Part shown: positions 20,712 through 32,813 of the stretch, piece after piece
Position numbering within the stretch: the stretch's first letter is position 1
Layout of the letters: every line of letters starts with the position of its first letter
DNA from: Desulfotomaculum sp.
GTDB lineage: Bacteria > Bacillota > Desulfotomaculia > Desulfotomaculales > Nap2-2B
Assembly (NCBI GenBank): GCA_003485325.1
Contig: DMZI01000035.1
Location: forward strand, 68-64,067
Length of the DNA: 64,000 bases
Direction of reading: 5' to 3'
Notes under the pieces: generated by a model
Databases searched by the model: none
What the model was told of the DNA's origin: nothing
Seen by the model: only the letters and a program-made list of their open reading frames with translations
Position numbers and translations under genes: made by a program

Positions 20712-21605
20712 TTGAATTTCCAGCAATTAATCATGACCTTAAATAATTTTTGGTCAGGAAGGAACTGTATCATTCAGCAGGCTTACGATGTAGAAAAAGG
20801 AGCGGGAACCATGAATCCTGCCACTTTTTTACGTGTACTGGGCCCTGAACCCTGGCGCGTAGCCTATGTGGAACCATCAAGAAGGCCAACTGACGGCAGA
20901 TATGGAGAAAACCCAAACCGCCTTCAGCATTATTATCAATACCAGGTGATTTTGAAACCATCACCTGTTAAAGTGGTGGATATTTATCTGGAAAGCCTGA
21001 AATCGATTGGAATCGATATAAACCGGCATGACATCAGATTTGTGGAAGACAACTGGGAGTCTCCTACATTAGGGGCCTGGGGATTGGGATGGGAAGTCTG
21101 GCTGGATGGGATGGAGATAACCCAGTTTACATATTTCCAGCAGTGCGGGGGATTTGAATGCAGGCCTGTTGCAGCGGAAATAACGTATGGTTTGGAGCGG
21201 CTGGCCATGTATATTCAACAGGTGGAAAATATTTTTGATATCGAATGGGTTAACGGGGTTACATACAGGGATGTTCATCACCGGGGTGAGGTTGAGCATT
21301 CATTTTACAACTTTGAGGAAGCAGACATTGAGATGCTCTTTAAGCTTTTTGAAATGTACGAGCAGGAAGCCAAGCGGCTGGCCGAAAAGGGTCTCATCCT
21401 GCCGGCGTACGATTATGTTTTGAAATGCTCGCATACCTTTAACCTGCTGGATGCCCGCAGCGCCATCAGTGTTACCGAACGTACCGCTTTTATACACAGG
21501 GTGCGTGAGATCGCCCGTTTATGCGCTCAGGGCTATATAGCGGAACGCGAAAAGATGGGTTTCCCCCTTTTAGGCCGTATAAAGGAGGTTGAAGACAACG
21601 AATAA
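20712..21605 (+). CDS. glyQ: Glycine--tRNA ligase alpha subunit
   Basis: The conserved N-terminus begins at TTG 20712 ([13 protein letters not shown]...[14 protein letters not shown]). The track's GTG at 20667 adds a non-homologous extension. The SD GGGGGGAG lies upstream. Confidence 0.92.
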   Translation: MNFQQLIMTLNNFWSGRNCIIQQAYDVEKGAGTMNPATFLRVLGPEPWRVAYVEPSRRPTDGRYGENPNRLQHYYQYQVILKPSPVKVVDIYLESLKSIGIDINRHDIRFVEDNWESPTLGAWGLGWEVWLDGMEITQFTYFQQCGGFECRPVAAEITYGLERLAMYIQQVENIFDIEWVNGVTYRDVHHRGEVEHSFYNFEEADIEMLFKLFEMYEQEAKRLAEKGLILPAYDYVLKCSHTFNLLDARSAISVTERTAFIHRVREIARLCAQGYIAEREKMGFPLLGRIKEVEDNE

Positions 21606-23667
21606 GGATTTCATCTTGGAGATTGGCATGGAAGAAATGCCGGCGCGCTTTATAAACCCGGTCATGGAACAGATGAAGGATCTGTCGGAAGAAAAATTTA
21701 AAGTACACCGGTTGCCATTTTCATCAATTCGGACCTACAGCACACCCAGGCGTTTATTGCTGCATATTGTTGGGCTCGAACCAGTCCAGGAGCCGTTAGT
21801 ACAGGAAATAAAAGGTCCTGCGGCTAAGGTTGCCTTTGATGAGAACCGGAAATATACGCGTGCGGCTCAGGGCTTTGCAAAAAGCCAGCGTGTAGATCTT
21901 CAGGATTTAATTGTAAAACCTGTGGGAATGGTAGATTATGTCTTTGCTGTTAACAGGCAAGCAGGCCGTCCCGCGGCTGAAGTTTTGTTGGAAATCTGCC
22001 CGGCCATAATCAGCTCTTTGCATTTCCCCAAGTCGATGCGTTGGGGAAAGGGAGAAATGCGGTTTATCAGGCCAATCCGCTGGCTGCTGGCGCTTTATGG
22101 AGAACAGGTAATTTCGTTTGCCACCGCAGGGCTCGTAGCCGGCAACATTACATATGGCCACCGTTTTCTCAGCAACTACCCGATAACTGTTCAAGATCCA
22201 AATGATTATTTTGAAAAAATCGGCCAGGCTAAAATAATAATTGATCAGTCACAAAGGCAGAAGGTAATCTGGGAGAGAATAACTGAGTTGGCTGTCCAGG
22301 AAGGCGGGGAGGTAAAACCGGACCCGGACTTGCTCGAACAAGTTGTTAATCTGGTAGAATACCCCACGGTAATGATAGGGAGTTTTAACAAGGAATACTT
22401 ACAGATACCCCAGGAAGTACTAATTACTACAATGCGTGATCACCTGCGTTGCTTTCCCGTTTTCAGCCAGGATTCATCTCTTCTGGCACGTTTTATAGCT
22501 GTATCTAATAATGGTGGGAATGATCTGATTCGTTCAGGTTTTGAAAGGGTTTTAAGAGCACGTCTGGCTGATGCGGCTTTTTTCTGGAACGAGGATTTGA
22601 AAACTCCTCTTGTTTCGCGTGTTGAATCTTTGAAGAGAATTGTCTGGCAGGAAAACTTGGGTACCCTTTATCAAAAAATGGAACGGGTAACCTCTATCTG
22701 TTTTTTCCTATGCAGGGCATTTGGCGTCGAACAGGAAGTGACTGCAGATACTTTAAGAGCCTCACATCTTGCCAAGGCCGACTTATCCTCGAATGTAGTT
22801 TACGAATTTCCGGAATTGCAGGGAATAATGGGCTGTGAATATGCTAAACGGCAGGGAGAGAAAAAAGCCGTTTCTCAGGCTATTGCTGATCATTACCTGC
22901 CGCGTTTTTCCGGTGACAAGCTTCCTTCAGAAAAGCCCGGAATAATCTTGAGCCTGGCAGATAAACTGGATACCCTGGTGGGTTGTTTTGCAGCCGGTAT
23001 TCAGCCTACAGGTTCACAGGATCCTTATGGGCTTAGGCGACAGGCTCTTGGAGTTTGCCACATAATTCTTGAAAATGCCCTTGTATTTTGCCTGCGTGAT
23101 ATTCTGGCAACTGCTTATCAGGGCTTTTTGTTAAGTTCCAGGCTGGAATTAACACAGGACGAAGTCCTCAAAGAACTCGAGGTATTTTTTACCCAACGTT
23201 TGAGGAATATTTTTAGTGATCGGGGAATTCCTCATGACATATGTGAAGCTGTTCTTTCGGCGGGGGTTCATGATCTATACGGGACCTGGCAAAAAGCATC
23301 CGCATTAAAGGATTTAAGCTCAGAGCCGGATTATCAGGACCTTTTGGTAGCTTTTCACAGGGCATATAACATATCTCAGAAACATAATGTTACCGAAGTA
23401 AATGAAACTTTGTTTCAGCACTCTGTAGAAACTGAACTGAACAATGTTTTTATAAGTACTAGTAAGAAGGTAAGGCAGAGTGTGAAAGAGCGTGACTTCC
23501 GCAGCGCAATTATGATTATGACACAGCTAAAAAAGCCTGTGGACAGTTTTTTTGAAGGCGTCATGGTAATGGCCGAAGACGAAAAAATACGGAAAAACCG
23601 TCTTAGTCTTCTAAAGAATATAGTGAATCTGGTTTTTTCAGTAGCTGATTTAAGTAAAATAGGTTAA
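21589..23667 (+). CDS. glyS: Glycine--tRNA ligase beta subunit
   Basis: 692-aa ORF with the N-terminal motif [12 protein letters not shown]. It overlaps the glyQ stop. The exact start is uncertain because the SD abuts TTG 21589. Confidence 0.92.
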   Translation: MKTTNKDFILEIGMEEMPARFINPVMEQMKDLSEEKFKVHRLPFSSIRTYSTPRRLLLHIVGLEPVQEPLVQEIKGPAAKVAFDENRKYTRAAQGFAKSQRVDLQDLIVKPVGMVDYVFAVNRQAGRPAAEVLLEICPAIISSLHFPKSMRWGKGEMRFIRPIRWLLALYGEQVISFATAGLVAGNITYGHRFLSNYPITVQDPNDYFEKIGQAKIIIDQSQRQKVIWERITELAVQEGGEVKPDPDLLEQVVNLVEYPTVMIGSFNKEYLQIPQEVLITTMRDHLRCFPVFSQDSSLLARFIAVSNNGGNDLIRSGFERVLRARLADAAFFWNEDLKTPLVSRVESLKRIVWQENLGTLYQKMERVTSICFFLCRAFGVEQEVTADTLRASHLAKADLSSNVVYEFPELQGIMGCEYAKRQGEKKAVSQAIADHYLPRFSGDKLPSEKPGIILSLADKLDTLVGCFAAGIQPTGSQDPYGLRRQALGVCHIILENALVFCLRDILATAYQGFLLSSRLELTQDEVLKELEVFFTQRLRNIFSDRGIPHDICEAVLSAGVHDLYGTWQKASALKDLSSEPDYQDLLVAFHRAYNISQKHNVTEVNETLFQHSVETELNNVFISTSKKVRQSVKERDFRSAIMIMTQLKKPVDSFFEGVMVMAEDEKIRKNRLSLLKNIVNLVFSVADLSKIG

Positions 23668-23762
23668 TTTTTAAATAAATATTTTCCGGAAGGGAATTTG
23701 AAAAGAAAAAGTAATGTATAATAATAATTGGTATTTAAAAGGTTGGTTTTAGGAGTATATAA

Positions 23763-24395
23763 GTGGAATTAACCCGGCGGCAGGAAGCCATTTTGGAGAT
23801 AGTCAAAAGGAACAGCCCTATTACAGGGGAGCAGATAGCAGAGCGCCTTTCCCTGACTAGGGCTACTTTGCGTCCTGATATGGCTGTATTGACAATGACG
23901 GGTCTTTTGGGCGCAAGGCCAAGAGTTGGATATTACTATAGCGGAAAATCCCCAAACAGGCTTATTGCCGAGAAATTATACCAAATTAAGGTAGGGGATG
24001 TGAAATCAGTTCCCGTTGTTGTTCCCGAACACTGTTCGGTCTATGATGCAATAGTGACGATTTTTACCGAAGATGTCGGAACATTATTTGTTGTCAAGGA
24101 GGGGGGATTCCTGGAGGGTGTCATTTCCCGCAAAGACTTGCTGAAGAGTACTATGGGAAGTCAGGATATTCACAAACTACCCGTGAGTGTGATAATGACA
24201 CGGTGGCCAAATATAATTACCGTCGAACCTGAGGAATCCGTCTGGGTTGCAGCTAAAAAACTAATTGCGCACGAGATTGATGCCGTTCCGTTGGTTCGGG
24301 CGATACCTGACGGCAAAGGCGGCCAGGGGGTGGAGGTAATTGGCCGCTTTTCAAAGACAAACATTATTCATTTATTCGTAGGTTTAGGTGAATAA
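23763..24395 (+). CDS. ccpN: CcpN-type transcriptional repressor (HTH plus tandem CBS domains)
   Basis: 210-aa ORF. It follows B. subtilis CcpN closely (ITGEQIAERLSLTRATLRPDMAVLTMTGLLGARPRVGYYYSG) and is followed by the yqfL-type PDRP gene, as in Bacillus. Confidence 0.85.
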   Translation: MELTRRQEAILEIVKRNSPITGEQIAERLSLTRATLRPDMAVLTMTGLLGARPRVGYYYSGKSPNRLIAEKLYQIKVGDVKSVPVVVPEHCSVYDAIVTIFTEDVGTLFVVKEGGFLEGVISRKDLLKSTMGSQDIHKLPVSVIMTRWPNIITVEPEESVWVAAKKLIAHEIDAVPLVRAIPDGKGGQGVEVIGRFSKTNIIHLFVGLGE

Positions 24396-24496
24396 AAAGA
24401 AGGGGGGAGGGGTTAGTTATCAGTACAGAGACAAAAACCCGGCCGGTTATCTATATTATTTCGGATTCAATCGGTGAAACGGCGGAACTGGTAGCC

Positions 24497-25241
24497 TTGG
24501 CCGCGGCCAGCCAATTTAATTCGGGAAAAGTTAACATTCGCAAGGTGCCTTATGTAAACAATCCGGAAGAAATTCCGGAAATTGTTGCAGAAGCCAGCGC
24601 ATTTTCCTGTATGATTGTATATACTCTTATTCTGCCTGGTTTAAGAGAAATATTGGAAGCTGAGGCCCTTAAATACGGCATCCCAACTGTAGATATCATG
24701 ACGCCAATGCTTGAGGCTTTAGGTAAAATAGAAGGTAAGCCTCCAAGGTTGGAACCGGGCCTTGTCCGGAAAGTTGACGAAGAGTATTTTCGTAAAGTTG
24801 AAGCTATTGATTTTGCCGTTAAATATGATGATGGGAAAGATTCCCGGGGCTTGCTTAAAGCTGACATTGTAATTATAGGAGTCAGCCGGACGTCGAAAAC
24901 ACCATTATGTACGTATCTTGCCCATAAAAGGATTTTAGCTGCAAATGTACCCTTGGCGCCTGAAGTCATTCCTCCTGAGGAGATATTTAAACTGCCGCCG
25001 CATAGAGTTATTGGTTTGACAATTCTCCCTCAGCAGCTCCACGAGATCCGCCAGGAACGCCTAAAGGCATTAGAGCTGACTGCCAGCGCCGATTATACCA
25101 GAATGGAGCGAATTTTAAAGGAACTGGAATATGCCCAGGGGATTATGCAAAAATTAAACTGCAAGGTTATAGATGTGACAAACAGGGCAGTAGAGGAAAC
25201 AGCCAGCAAAGTGCTGGAAATTTACTACAGAGGTGAAAGGA

Positions 25242-25270
<29 letters not shown>
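24497..25270 (+). CDS. Pyruvate, phosphate dikinase regulatory protein (PDRP; DUF299 / YqfL / PpsR family). The true start is probably upstream.
   Basis: It has DUF299 motifs (GVSRTSKTP, the FAVKYDDG region). The coordinates given are the canonical-start ORF. The in-frame sequence from 24419 encodes the family's conserved N-terminus (see finding). Confidence 0.88.
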
Positions 25271-27917
<2,647 letters not shown>

Positions 27918-27957
27918 AAGAAGAACAATAACCAAATGAATCTCAAAAGGGAAAATT

Positions 27958-28430
27958 ATGACTCAGTTTGACGATATAACAATAATATGTAGCGGCGTCG
28001 TCGGCCTAGCGGTTGGCGCCGCCGTTGCCGGTTTAGGGAGAAATATTTTACTTGCTGGAAAGGAATAATAGTTTTGGCCGTGAAACCAGAAGCAGGAACA
28101 GCCAGGTTGTCCATTACGGCTGTACTACCCGACAGGCTCATTAAAGGCAAGGACATGCGTTGAAGGAAACAGCCTGATTTGCCAGATTAGCGCACAGAAT
28201 GGGATTACTTATAAAAGAATAACGAAAACGATAGTCACTGATAAAGAAAATGAAACTGTTGAATTGGAGAAACTGAAAAAAACGGCGAAAGAAACGGCGA
28301 AAGAAACGGAGTAACCGGATTGCGCCTGTTAACCAAAAGCGAAGTAAAGCGGTTAGAGCCAAACGTAAATGCAGCCTCAGCTTTATTTGTCCCTTCGACA
28401 GGAATAATTAATATTCATGAATTTAATAAA
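27958..28430 (+). pseudogene. Decayed 5' portion of an FAD-dependent oxidoreductase gene (L-2-hydroxyglutarate oxidase / glycerol-3-phosphate dehydrogenase-like)
   Basis: The ATG at 27958 opens a Rossmann dinucleotide-binding N-terminus (ITIICSGVVGLAVGAAVAGLGRNILLAGKE) that ends in TAA TAG. Homologous segments continue in shifted frames (FGRETRSRNSQVVHYG; YYPTGSLKARTCVEGN; LTKSEVKRLEPNVNAASALFVPSTGII). The remaining roughly two thirds of the gene is absent. Confidence 0.75.
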
Positions 28431-28698
28431 AAAGCCTCTGATTTTTTTACAGGATCAGGGCCTTTTTTATCATGGTTTAAGAAAGCGAACAAGGGCTTAC
28501 CGGATTGGAAATCATTCAGCGTTTTAAAAAAGAAGGGAAATCTATTGGGATAGACATTATAAATTATCTTGATCAGGCTATTATGAAAAGAATAATAGAT
28601 ATGGAGTTTTTCAAATTGCTCCTTGATAAAAACGAAGATGGCGTCAGATATAAACTAGGTCCGAAAGCGTGGATATATTATTAAAAAGTAAAAACTTA

Positions 28699-28812
28699 TT
28701 ATCTGTATTTTTTTAAATCAACATGCATTTTTTTGTTTTTCTGGATCAGTCGATACCCCAGATAAGTAAATATTGTAAAAGTCAAAAGAAAAACCTTAGC
28801 TATTTTTTTCAT
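28699..28812 (-). CDS. Possible 37-aa hydrophobic/basic peptide (hypothetical)
   Basis: ATG is preceded by GAGG at an 8-nt spacing. The peptide is MKKIAKVFLLTFTIFTYLGYRLIQKNKKMHVDLKKYR, one TM-like helix plus a basic tail. It is below the ORF-track size cut-off and no homology was recognised. Confidence 0.25.
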   Translation of the reverse strand: MKKIAKVFLLTFTIFTYLGYRLIQKNKKMHVDLKKYR

Positions 28813-28982
28813 TGTACATACCTCTTTATCCGTCAAGATTATAAAGATATCCCTTGCTACGTAATAATATTCGATTGCGGTTCAAGATATCCTTTATGTA
28901 AAAAGTGGTTGGGTGTTTTAACCCGGGTAAAAAGGTATTAATCTGTGAATAATAATTTGCAGCCATATGCTACAAATGGAGG

Positions 28983-29309
28983 TTGGATATGAAAAAAATC
29001 CTTCTCTTTCTGGCTGCAAAATATTTTCTTTTAGCAACCATCGTTTTCTTTTATTTTACGGGGTGTTTCCACAGCCATTTTTATAAACCTGAATTTTCCT
29101 CAAAACAAACATCTGTTTATAAAAGTAATAAACTGGCCAAGGAAATCCTATTAAAGAAGTTTACCGTATCAGAGATTTTAAGATTCAAAAGAATGGCGAA
29201 AGACGGCCTTTCGCCTGGGGAAATAAAACAAATCGACAAGGCATTGCGGAGCCGTTTGTCCAGAAAAGATTACGAGAAAATCCGGCTCATCTTTCGGAAC
29301 AAATTTTAA
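28983..29309 (+). CDS. Hypothetical small lipoprotein
   Basis: 108-aa ORF with a signal peptide ending in a lipobox-like FTGC. The SD GGAGG lies upstream. No family was recognised. Confidence 0.4.
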   Translation: MDMKKILLFLAAKYFLLATIVFFYFTGCFHSHFYKPEFSSKQTSVYKSNKLAKEILLKKFTVSEILRFKRMAKDGLSPGEIKQIDKALRSRLSRKDYEKIRLIFRNKF

Positions 29310-29349
29310 GTTAAGAAATGTAAAGGCGATTTTATGAACCGCCATTCCT

Positions 29350-29778
29350 TTACACATTCAAATAGCCAAAAGCCATCCCATACTGACCCCCCGATAAGAA
29401 CTGGCAATATAAGTTAATCACTTCTTCCGGTTTCAATTCTGTTGAATACAGGTATACGTTTACTTGTTTTATCTGGTTGTCCCATTTTATAGTGGCCCCG
29501 AGTGTCTCAGTTATAAATTTCAGGGGAACCATGACTCTGTTATTAACTATTTACGGTTCTGTATCTCCGCTTATCTTTTTGCCGCTGACTATTATTTGTA
29601 CGGGCGTTTGAGAGAAAGCGGGGCAGGGTACAAGAATGGATATTAAGAATACAATGATCAAAAAAAAGGCGCCTTTTTTGATGGCAAACTCCCTCCTTGT
29701 TTCATGCGAAAAAGAAAATAATAAGGGAATATTCAACAGAACAAGCCCAATTCCTTCCCCCAGACCCGGTATTGGCAA
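29350..29778 (-). pseudogene. Copper-amine-oxidase-N-terminal-like (stalk) domain protein interrupted by one in-frame TAA
   Basis: The two track ORFs (29551-29778 and 29350-29532) are in the same frame and are separated only by TAA at 29551-29553. Reading through gives the contiguous domain pattern VQIIVSGKKISGDTEP*IVNNRVMVPLKFITETLGATIKWDNQIKQV. Confidence 0.65.
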
Positions 29779-29802
29779 CCAAGGAAATATATTATTGAAA
29801 TA

Positions 29803-29817
29803 TTATAATAATTAAAA
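29803..29817. promoter_or_regulatory. Candidate PerR/Fur-type 7-1-7 operator upstream of dfx
   Basis: TTATAATAATTAAAA matches 14 of 15 positions of the Bacillus Per-box consensus TTATAATNATTATAA. It lies 104-118 nt upstream of the dfx ATG, next to TTGAAA (29795-29800) and upstream of a perfect TATAAT (29848-29853). Confidence 0.45.
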
Positions 29818-29920
29818 AATATTCATTAAAAAAGGGGGAATTTCAATTATAATAGTTTAAGGAGGAAGAGAACCAATAGAAAAGTAAAATGTAGTGATTT
29901 TAAAAAAGGAGGCATGGAAA

Positions 29921-30301
29921 ATGACGGAACAAAAACAGGTTTACAAATGCAGTATTTGCGGGAACATTGTTGAGGTTCTTCATTCGGGAAAAGGGGAACT
30001 GGTTTGCTGTAATAAGCCTATGCTGCTGTTAAAGGAGAATACGGTTGATGCTTCCTTGGAAAAGCATGTTCCGGTTATAGAAAAAACTGATGGACAAGTT
30101 CTTATAAGAGTCGGCAGTCAGCCTCATCCGATGGAAGAAAAGCATTTTATTGAGTGGGTGGAACTGTTTTCTGACGGCAAGGTATACAGGCAGTTTTTAA
30201 AACCGGGAGAGAAAACGGAGGTCGATTTTGCCATCCGGTCTCAGAATGTTACAGCAAGGGCATATTGCAACATTCATGGTATTTGGAGTTCTTCAGCCTA
30301 A
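29921..30301 (+). CDS. dfx: Desulfoferrodoxin (2Fe superoxide reductase)
   Basis: It has the N-terminal desulforedoxin-like motif [10 protein letters not shown]...CCNKPM and C-terminal SOR centre II ligands (EKHVPV, CNIHGIW). The SD AAGGAGG is 7 nt before ATG 29921. Confidence 0.92.
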   Translation: MTEQKQVYKCSICGNIVEVLHSGKGELVCCNKPMLLLKENTVDASLEKHVPVIEKTDGQVLIRVGSQPHPMEEKHFIEWVELFSDGKVYRQFLKPGEKTEVDFAIRSQNVTARAYCNIHGIWSSSA

Positions 30302-30334
30302 CCAAGGAGGAATGCTGATGTATCAAATAATCAT

Positions 30335-30826
30335 TTGATAATACGTACTGAGGTGAAAGACCAGGATGTGCAGTTAAGGGGCCGTGACTACCACCCGGCA
30401 AGGCGTAAGGCTATTAAGAAAGGCTTGATAACGCTGCAGAACCTTGAAAGGATGGCTATTAATATATATCGTGGCCAGATTACTAAACAGCCGGTTAAAG
30501 AAAATACTCAGCTAATCTCGGCGATGTTGAATGAGATGATACATGTCCAGGACTTTCAAATGAAACTATATGAATTCGGGTTTCGCCCATGTATTTTAAG
30601 ATATTTTTTTGCCCTGTTCGGACTGGTTATGGGTTGTTCCTCACGTATCCTGGGCATGAGAATGGCTTTAAAAACTGATATTTGGGTAGAAAAGGAAGCT
30701 GTTAAACACTATACTAAGTTGCTAAGAACTATTGACTGGGACCAGGATACGCGCAAAGTACTGGAAAAAGACCTTGCTGATAAACAGGAGCATGTAAGAC
30801 GCTGGGAGAAATTAATATCTGTCTAA
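30335..30826 (+). CDS. Ferritin-like / COQ7-like di-iron carboxylate protein (putative oxidative-stress function)
   Basis: 163-aa ORF with the COQ7-type motif AINIYRGQ and an ExxH motif (NEMIH). It sits between dfx and rbr. The start codon is uncertain (TTG 30335 or GTG 30352). Confidence 0.5.
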   Translation: MIIRTEVKDQDVQLRGRDYHPARRKAIKKGLITLQNLERMAINIYRGQITKQPVKENTQLISAMLNEMIHVQDFQMKLYEFGFRPCILRYFFALFGLVMGCSSRILGMRMALKTDIWVEKEAVKHYTKLLRTIDWDQDTRKVLEKDLADKQEHVRRWEKLISV

Positions 30827-30878
30827 TAATTATCGAATTGCAACATAATACAACTTCAGCATTAAGGAGGTTTTCATT

Positions 30879-31454
30879 ATGAAAAGTTTAAAAGGGACCC
30901 AAACAGAGAAAAATCTTTTAGCAGCTTTTGCCGGTGAATCACAGGCCAGGAACCGCTATACATACTTCGCATCTCAAGCAAAAAAGGATGGTTACGAGCA
31001 GATAGCGGCAATATTTCTGGAGACTGCAGATAATGAAAAAGAACATGCCAAGAGATTCTTTAGGTTTTTAGAAGGCGGTAACGCTGAGATTAAAGCTGCT
31101 TTCCCGGCAGGTGTGATCGGAAGCGTCAGAGAAAATCTTAAGGATGCTGCAAAAGGGGAAAATGAAGAACACAGCCAAATTTATCCTGAATTTGCACGTA
31201 TTGCGGATAAAGAGGGATTTTCCGAGATAGCGCAGGCTTTTAGGGCAATAGCTGTTTCTGAGAAACAGCATGAAAAACGTTACCTGAAGCTTATGGAGAA
31301 CGTAGAAAAAAATATGACCTTTAAAAGGGAAGAAGTGGTCAGGTGGAGATGCAGAAATTGCGGGTATATTCACGAAGGAACTGCTGCGCCGGAAATATGT
31401 CCTGCGTGCATACATCCCCAGGCATATTTTGAAATTCTTGCAGAAAACTATTAA
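30879..31454 (+). CDS. rbr: Rubrerythrin
   Basis: 191-aa ORF with the N-terminal motif LKGTQTEKNLLAAFAGESQARNRYTYFA, a di-iron four-helix bundle and a C-terminal rubredoxin-like CRNCGY...CPAC motif. Confidence 0.95.
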   Translation: MKSLKGTQTEKNLLAAFAGESQARNRYTYFASQAKKDGYEQIAAIFLETADNEKEHAKRFFRFLEGGNAEIKAAFPAGVIGSVRENLKDAAKGENEEHSQIYPEFARIADKEGFSEIAQAFRAIAVSEKQHEKRYLKLMENVEKNMTFKREEVVRWRCRNCGYIHEGTAAPEICPACIHPQAYFEILAENY

Positions 31455-31682
31455 ACTCATTGAAAACTACCCGATTATTAGGCAAGCCGTACAGACTGTT
31501 TGGCTCGCCTTAAAAAAACGGTTTTTACTGGGGATAAGAGAACCTCTTCAAGAACTTTTTGGAATCCAATATGAGGTTATTTAACTGGCCGGTTGAAAGA
31601 AGCAGATTGGTCGATTTTGTTTTCGATTACACTGCAGGGATAAAACAATAAAAATTAGAATAATCAATAATAAGGTGAAATC

Positions 31683-31970
31683 ATGAATAAAAATCAATTT
31701 TACTTTTTAATGGCGATCATATTTACTATAATAATTGCTGTCTTTTCCGTTCAGAATGCTGAAGGTGTATCTATTAACTTTCTCCTCTGGAGGGTGCAAA
31801 ATGTTTCAAAAATAGTTGTAATACTTCTATCTGCATTATTAGGGTCTTTGGTTACGCTTTGTTCAGTGTTTGTCTGGCAGCTTAAAAAATGGAGTTATAT
31901 CCTTCAGCTTGAAGCGCAGATCAAAGACCTCAAAAAGAAATTGGAAACTGGCAATTCCAAACAATCTTGA
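31683..31970 (+). CDS. LapA/DUF1049-family small membrane protein
   Basis: 95-aa ORF with two TM helices, the SVQNAEGVSINFLLW motif and a C-terminal coiled segment. Confidence 0.6.
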   Translation: MNKNQFYFLMAIIFTIIIAVFSVQNAEGVSINFLLWRVQNVSKIVVILLSALLGSLVTLCSVFVWQLKKWSYILQLEAQIKDLKKKLETGNSKQS

Positions 31971-32008
31971 ACAAATAGGCAATATATGATTGTTGGAGGT
32001 GTAAAGTA

Positions 32009-32702
32009 TTGAATTCTAAAGCATTGTACAATTTAAGCTATGGCCTTTATGTTATTGCTTCAAAGAAGGGAAGCCTGCTGAACGGACAGGTTGCCAACAC
32101 CGTCTTCCAAATCTCAAGCGAACCAATGACTATTGCAATCAGCCTTAACAAAAAAAACCTGACCAATGAGTATGTACGGGAAAGCAAGTCATTTTCTCGT
32201 TTCAGTGTTGTCACAGGACGTTCCTTTTTCATTAATCGGACAATTTGGTTTCAAAAGCGGCAGAGACACTGACAAATTTAACGGTATCAACTATTTATTA
32301 AGTAAGGATGGAATTCCATATCTTGTCGATAATACACTGGCTTATATGGGTGCCAGGGTTATCAATGAGATTGACGCATTGACACATACGGTCTTTATAG
32401 GGGAGGTTACTGAGGCGGAGTTACTAAAGGAAGGGACTCCGATGACTTACGCATATTATCAGCAAGTTAAAAAGGGAAGCGTGAGCCGGAACGCGCCTAC
32501 TTATATTAAAAGCCAGGCTCCGGAAGCGGCAGCGACGGAAAAAGCGGGGAAATTCGTTTGTTCTGTCTGTGGTTATATCTATGATCCCGAAATGGGTGAT
32601 CCGGATAATGGCGTACCGGCCGGCACGCCATTTGAAAAACTTCCTTCCGGTTGGGGTTGCCCTGTATGCGGGGCTGCCAAATCTGAATTTAAAGAAGTAT
32701 AG
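32009..32702 (+). pseudogene. High-molecular-weight rubredoxin (flavin reductase domain fused to rubredoxin) carrying a +1 frameshift
   Basis: Track ORFs 32009-32272 and 32166-32702 are consecutive parts of one protein: LYNLSYGLYVIASKK...[10 protein letters not shown] | [27 protein letters not shown]...CSVCGYIYD...CPVCGAAK. The frame switches at the T4 run at 32192-32195. Confidence 0.8.
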
Positions 32703-32726
32703 CCTGCAGAGAAAACTTCCAGGTCT

Positions 32727-32813
32727 TTAAAAGGCACAAAAACAGAAAAGAATGTCTCCAAAGCTTTTATAGGAGAATCCCAGGCCAGAAATCTATATGC
32801 TACGAAGAAGGAT
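32727..32813 (+). pseudogene. Start-less 5' fragment of a second rubrerythrin gene
   Basis: It translates to LKGTKTEKNVSKAFIGESQARNLYATKKD, colinear with the N-terminus of the intact rbr at 30879. It has no start codon and homology is lost after about 29 codons. Confidence 0.6.

Noticed and set aside
28320-28553. 77-aa ORF treated as an independent gene
   Set aside because: Its first ~35 codons are the continuation of the frameshifted FAD-oxidoreductase pseudogene (LTKSEVKRLEPNVNAASALFVPSTGII). The rest is read-through into non-homologous sequence.
28505-28684. 59-aa ORF (TTG start) with a faint winged-helix flavour (…DGVRYKLGPKAW)
   Set aside because: It has no SD, and its start lies inside the decayed region. 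The similarity is too weak to name a family. It may be another gene fragment but cannot be supported.
32009-32702. Two separate overlapping genes (32009-32272 and 32166-32702), as in the ORF track
   Set aside because: The two products are consecutive halves of one conserved flavin-reductase-rubredoxin protein. The overlap is explained by a single-nucleotide frameshift.
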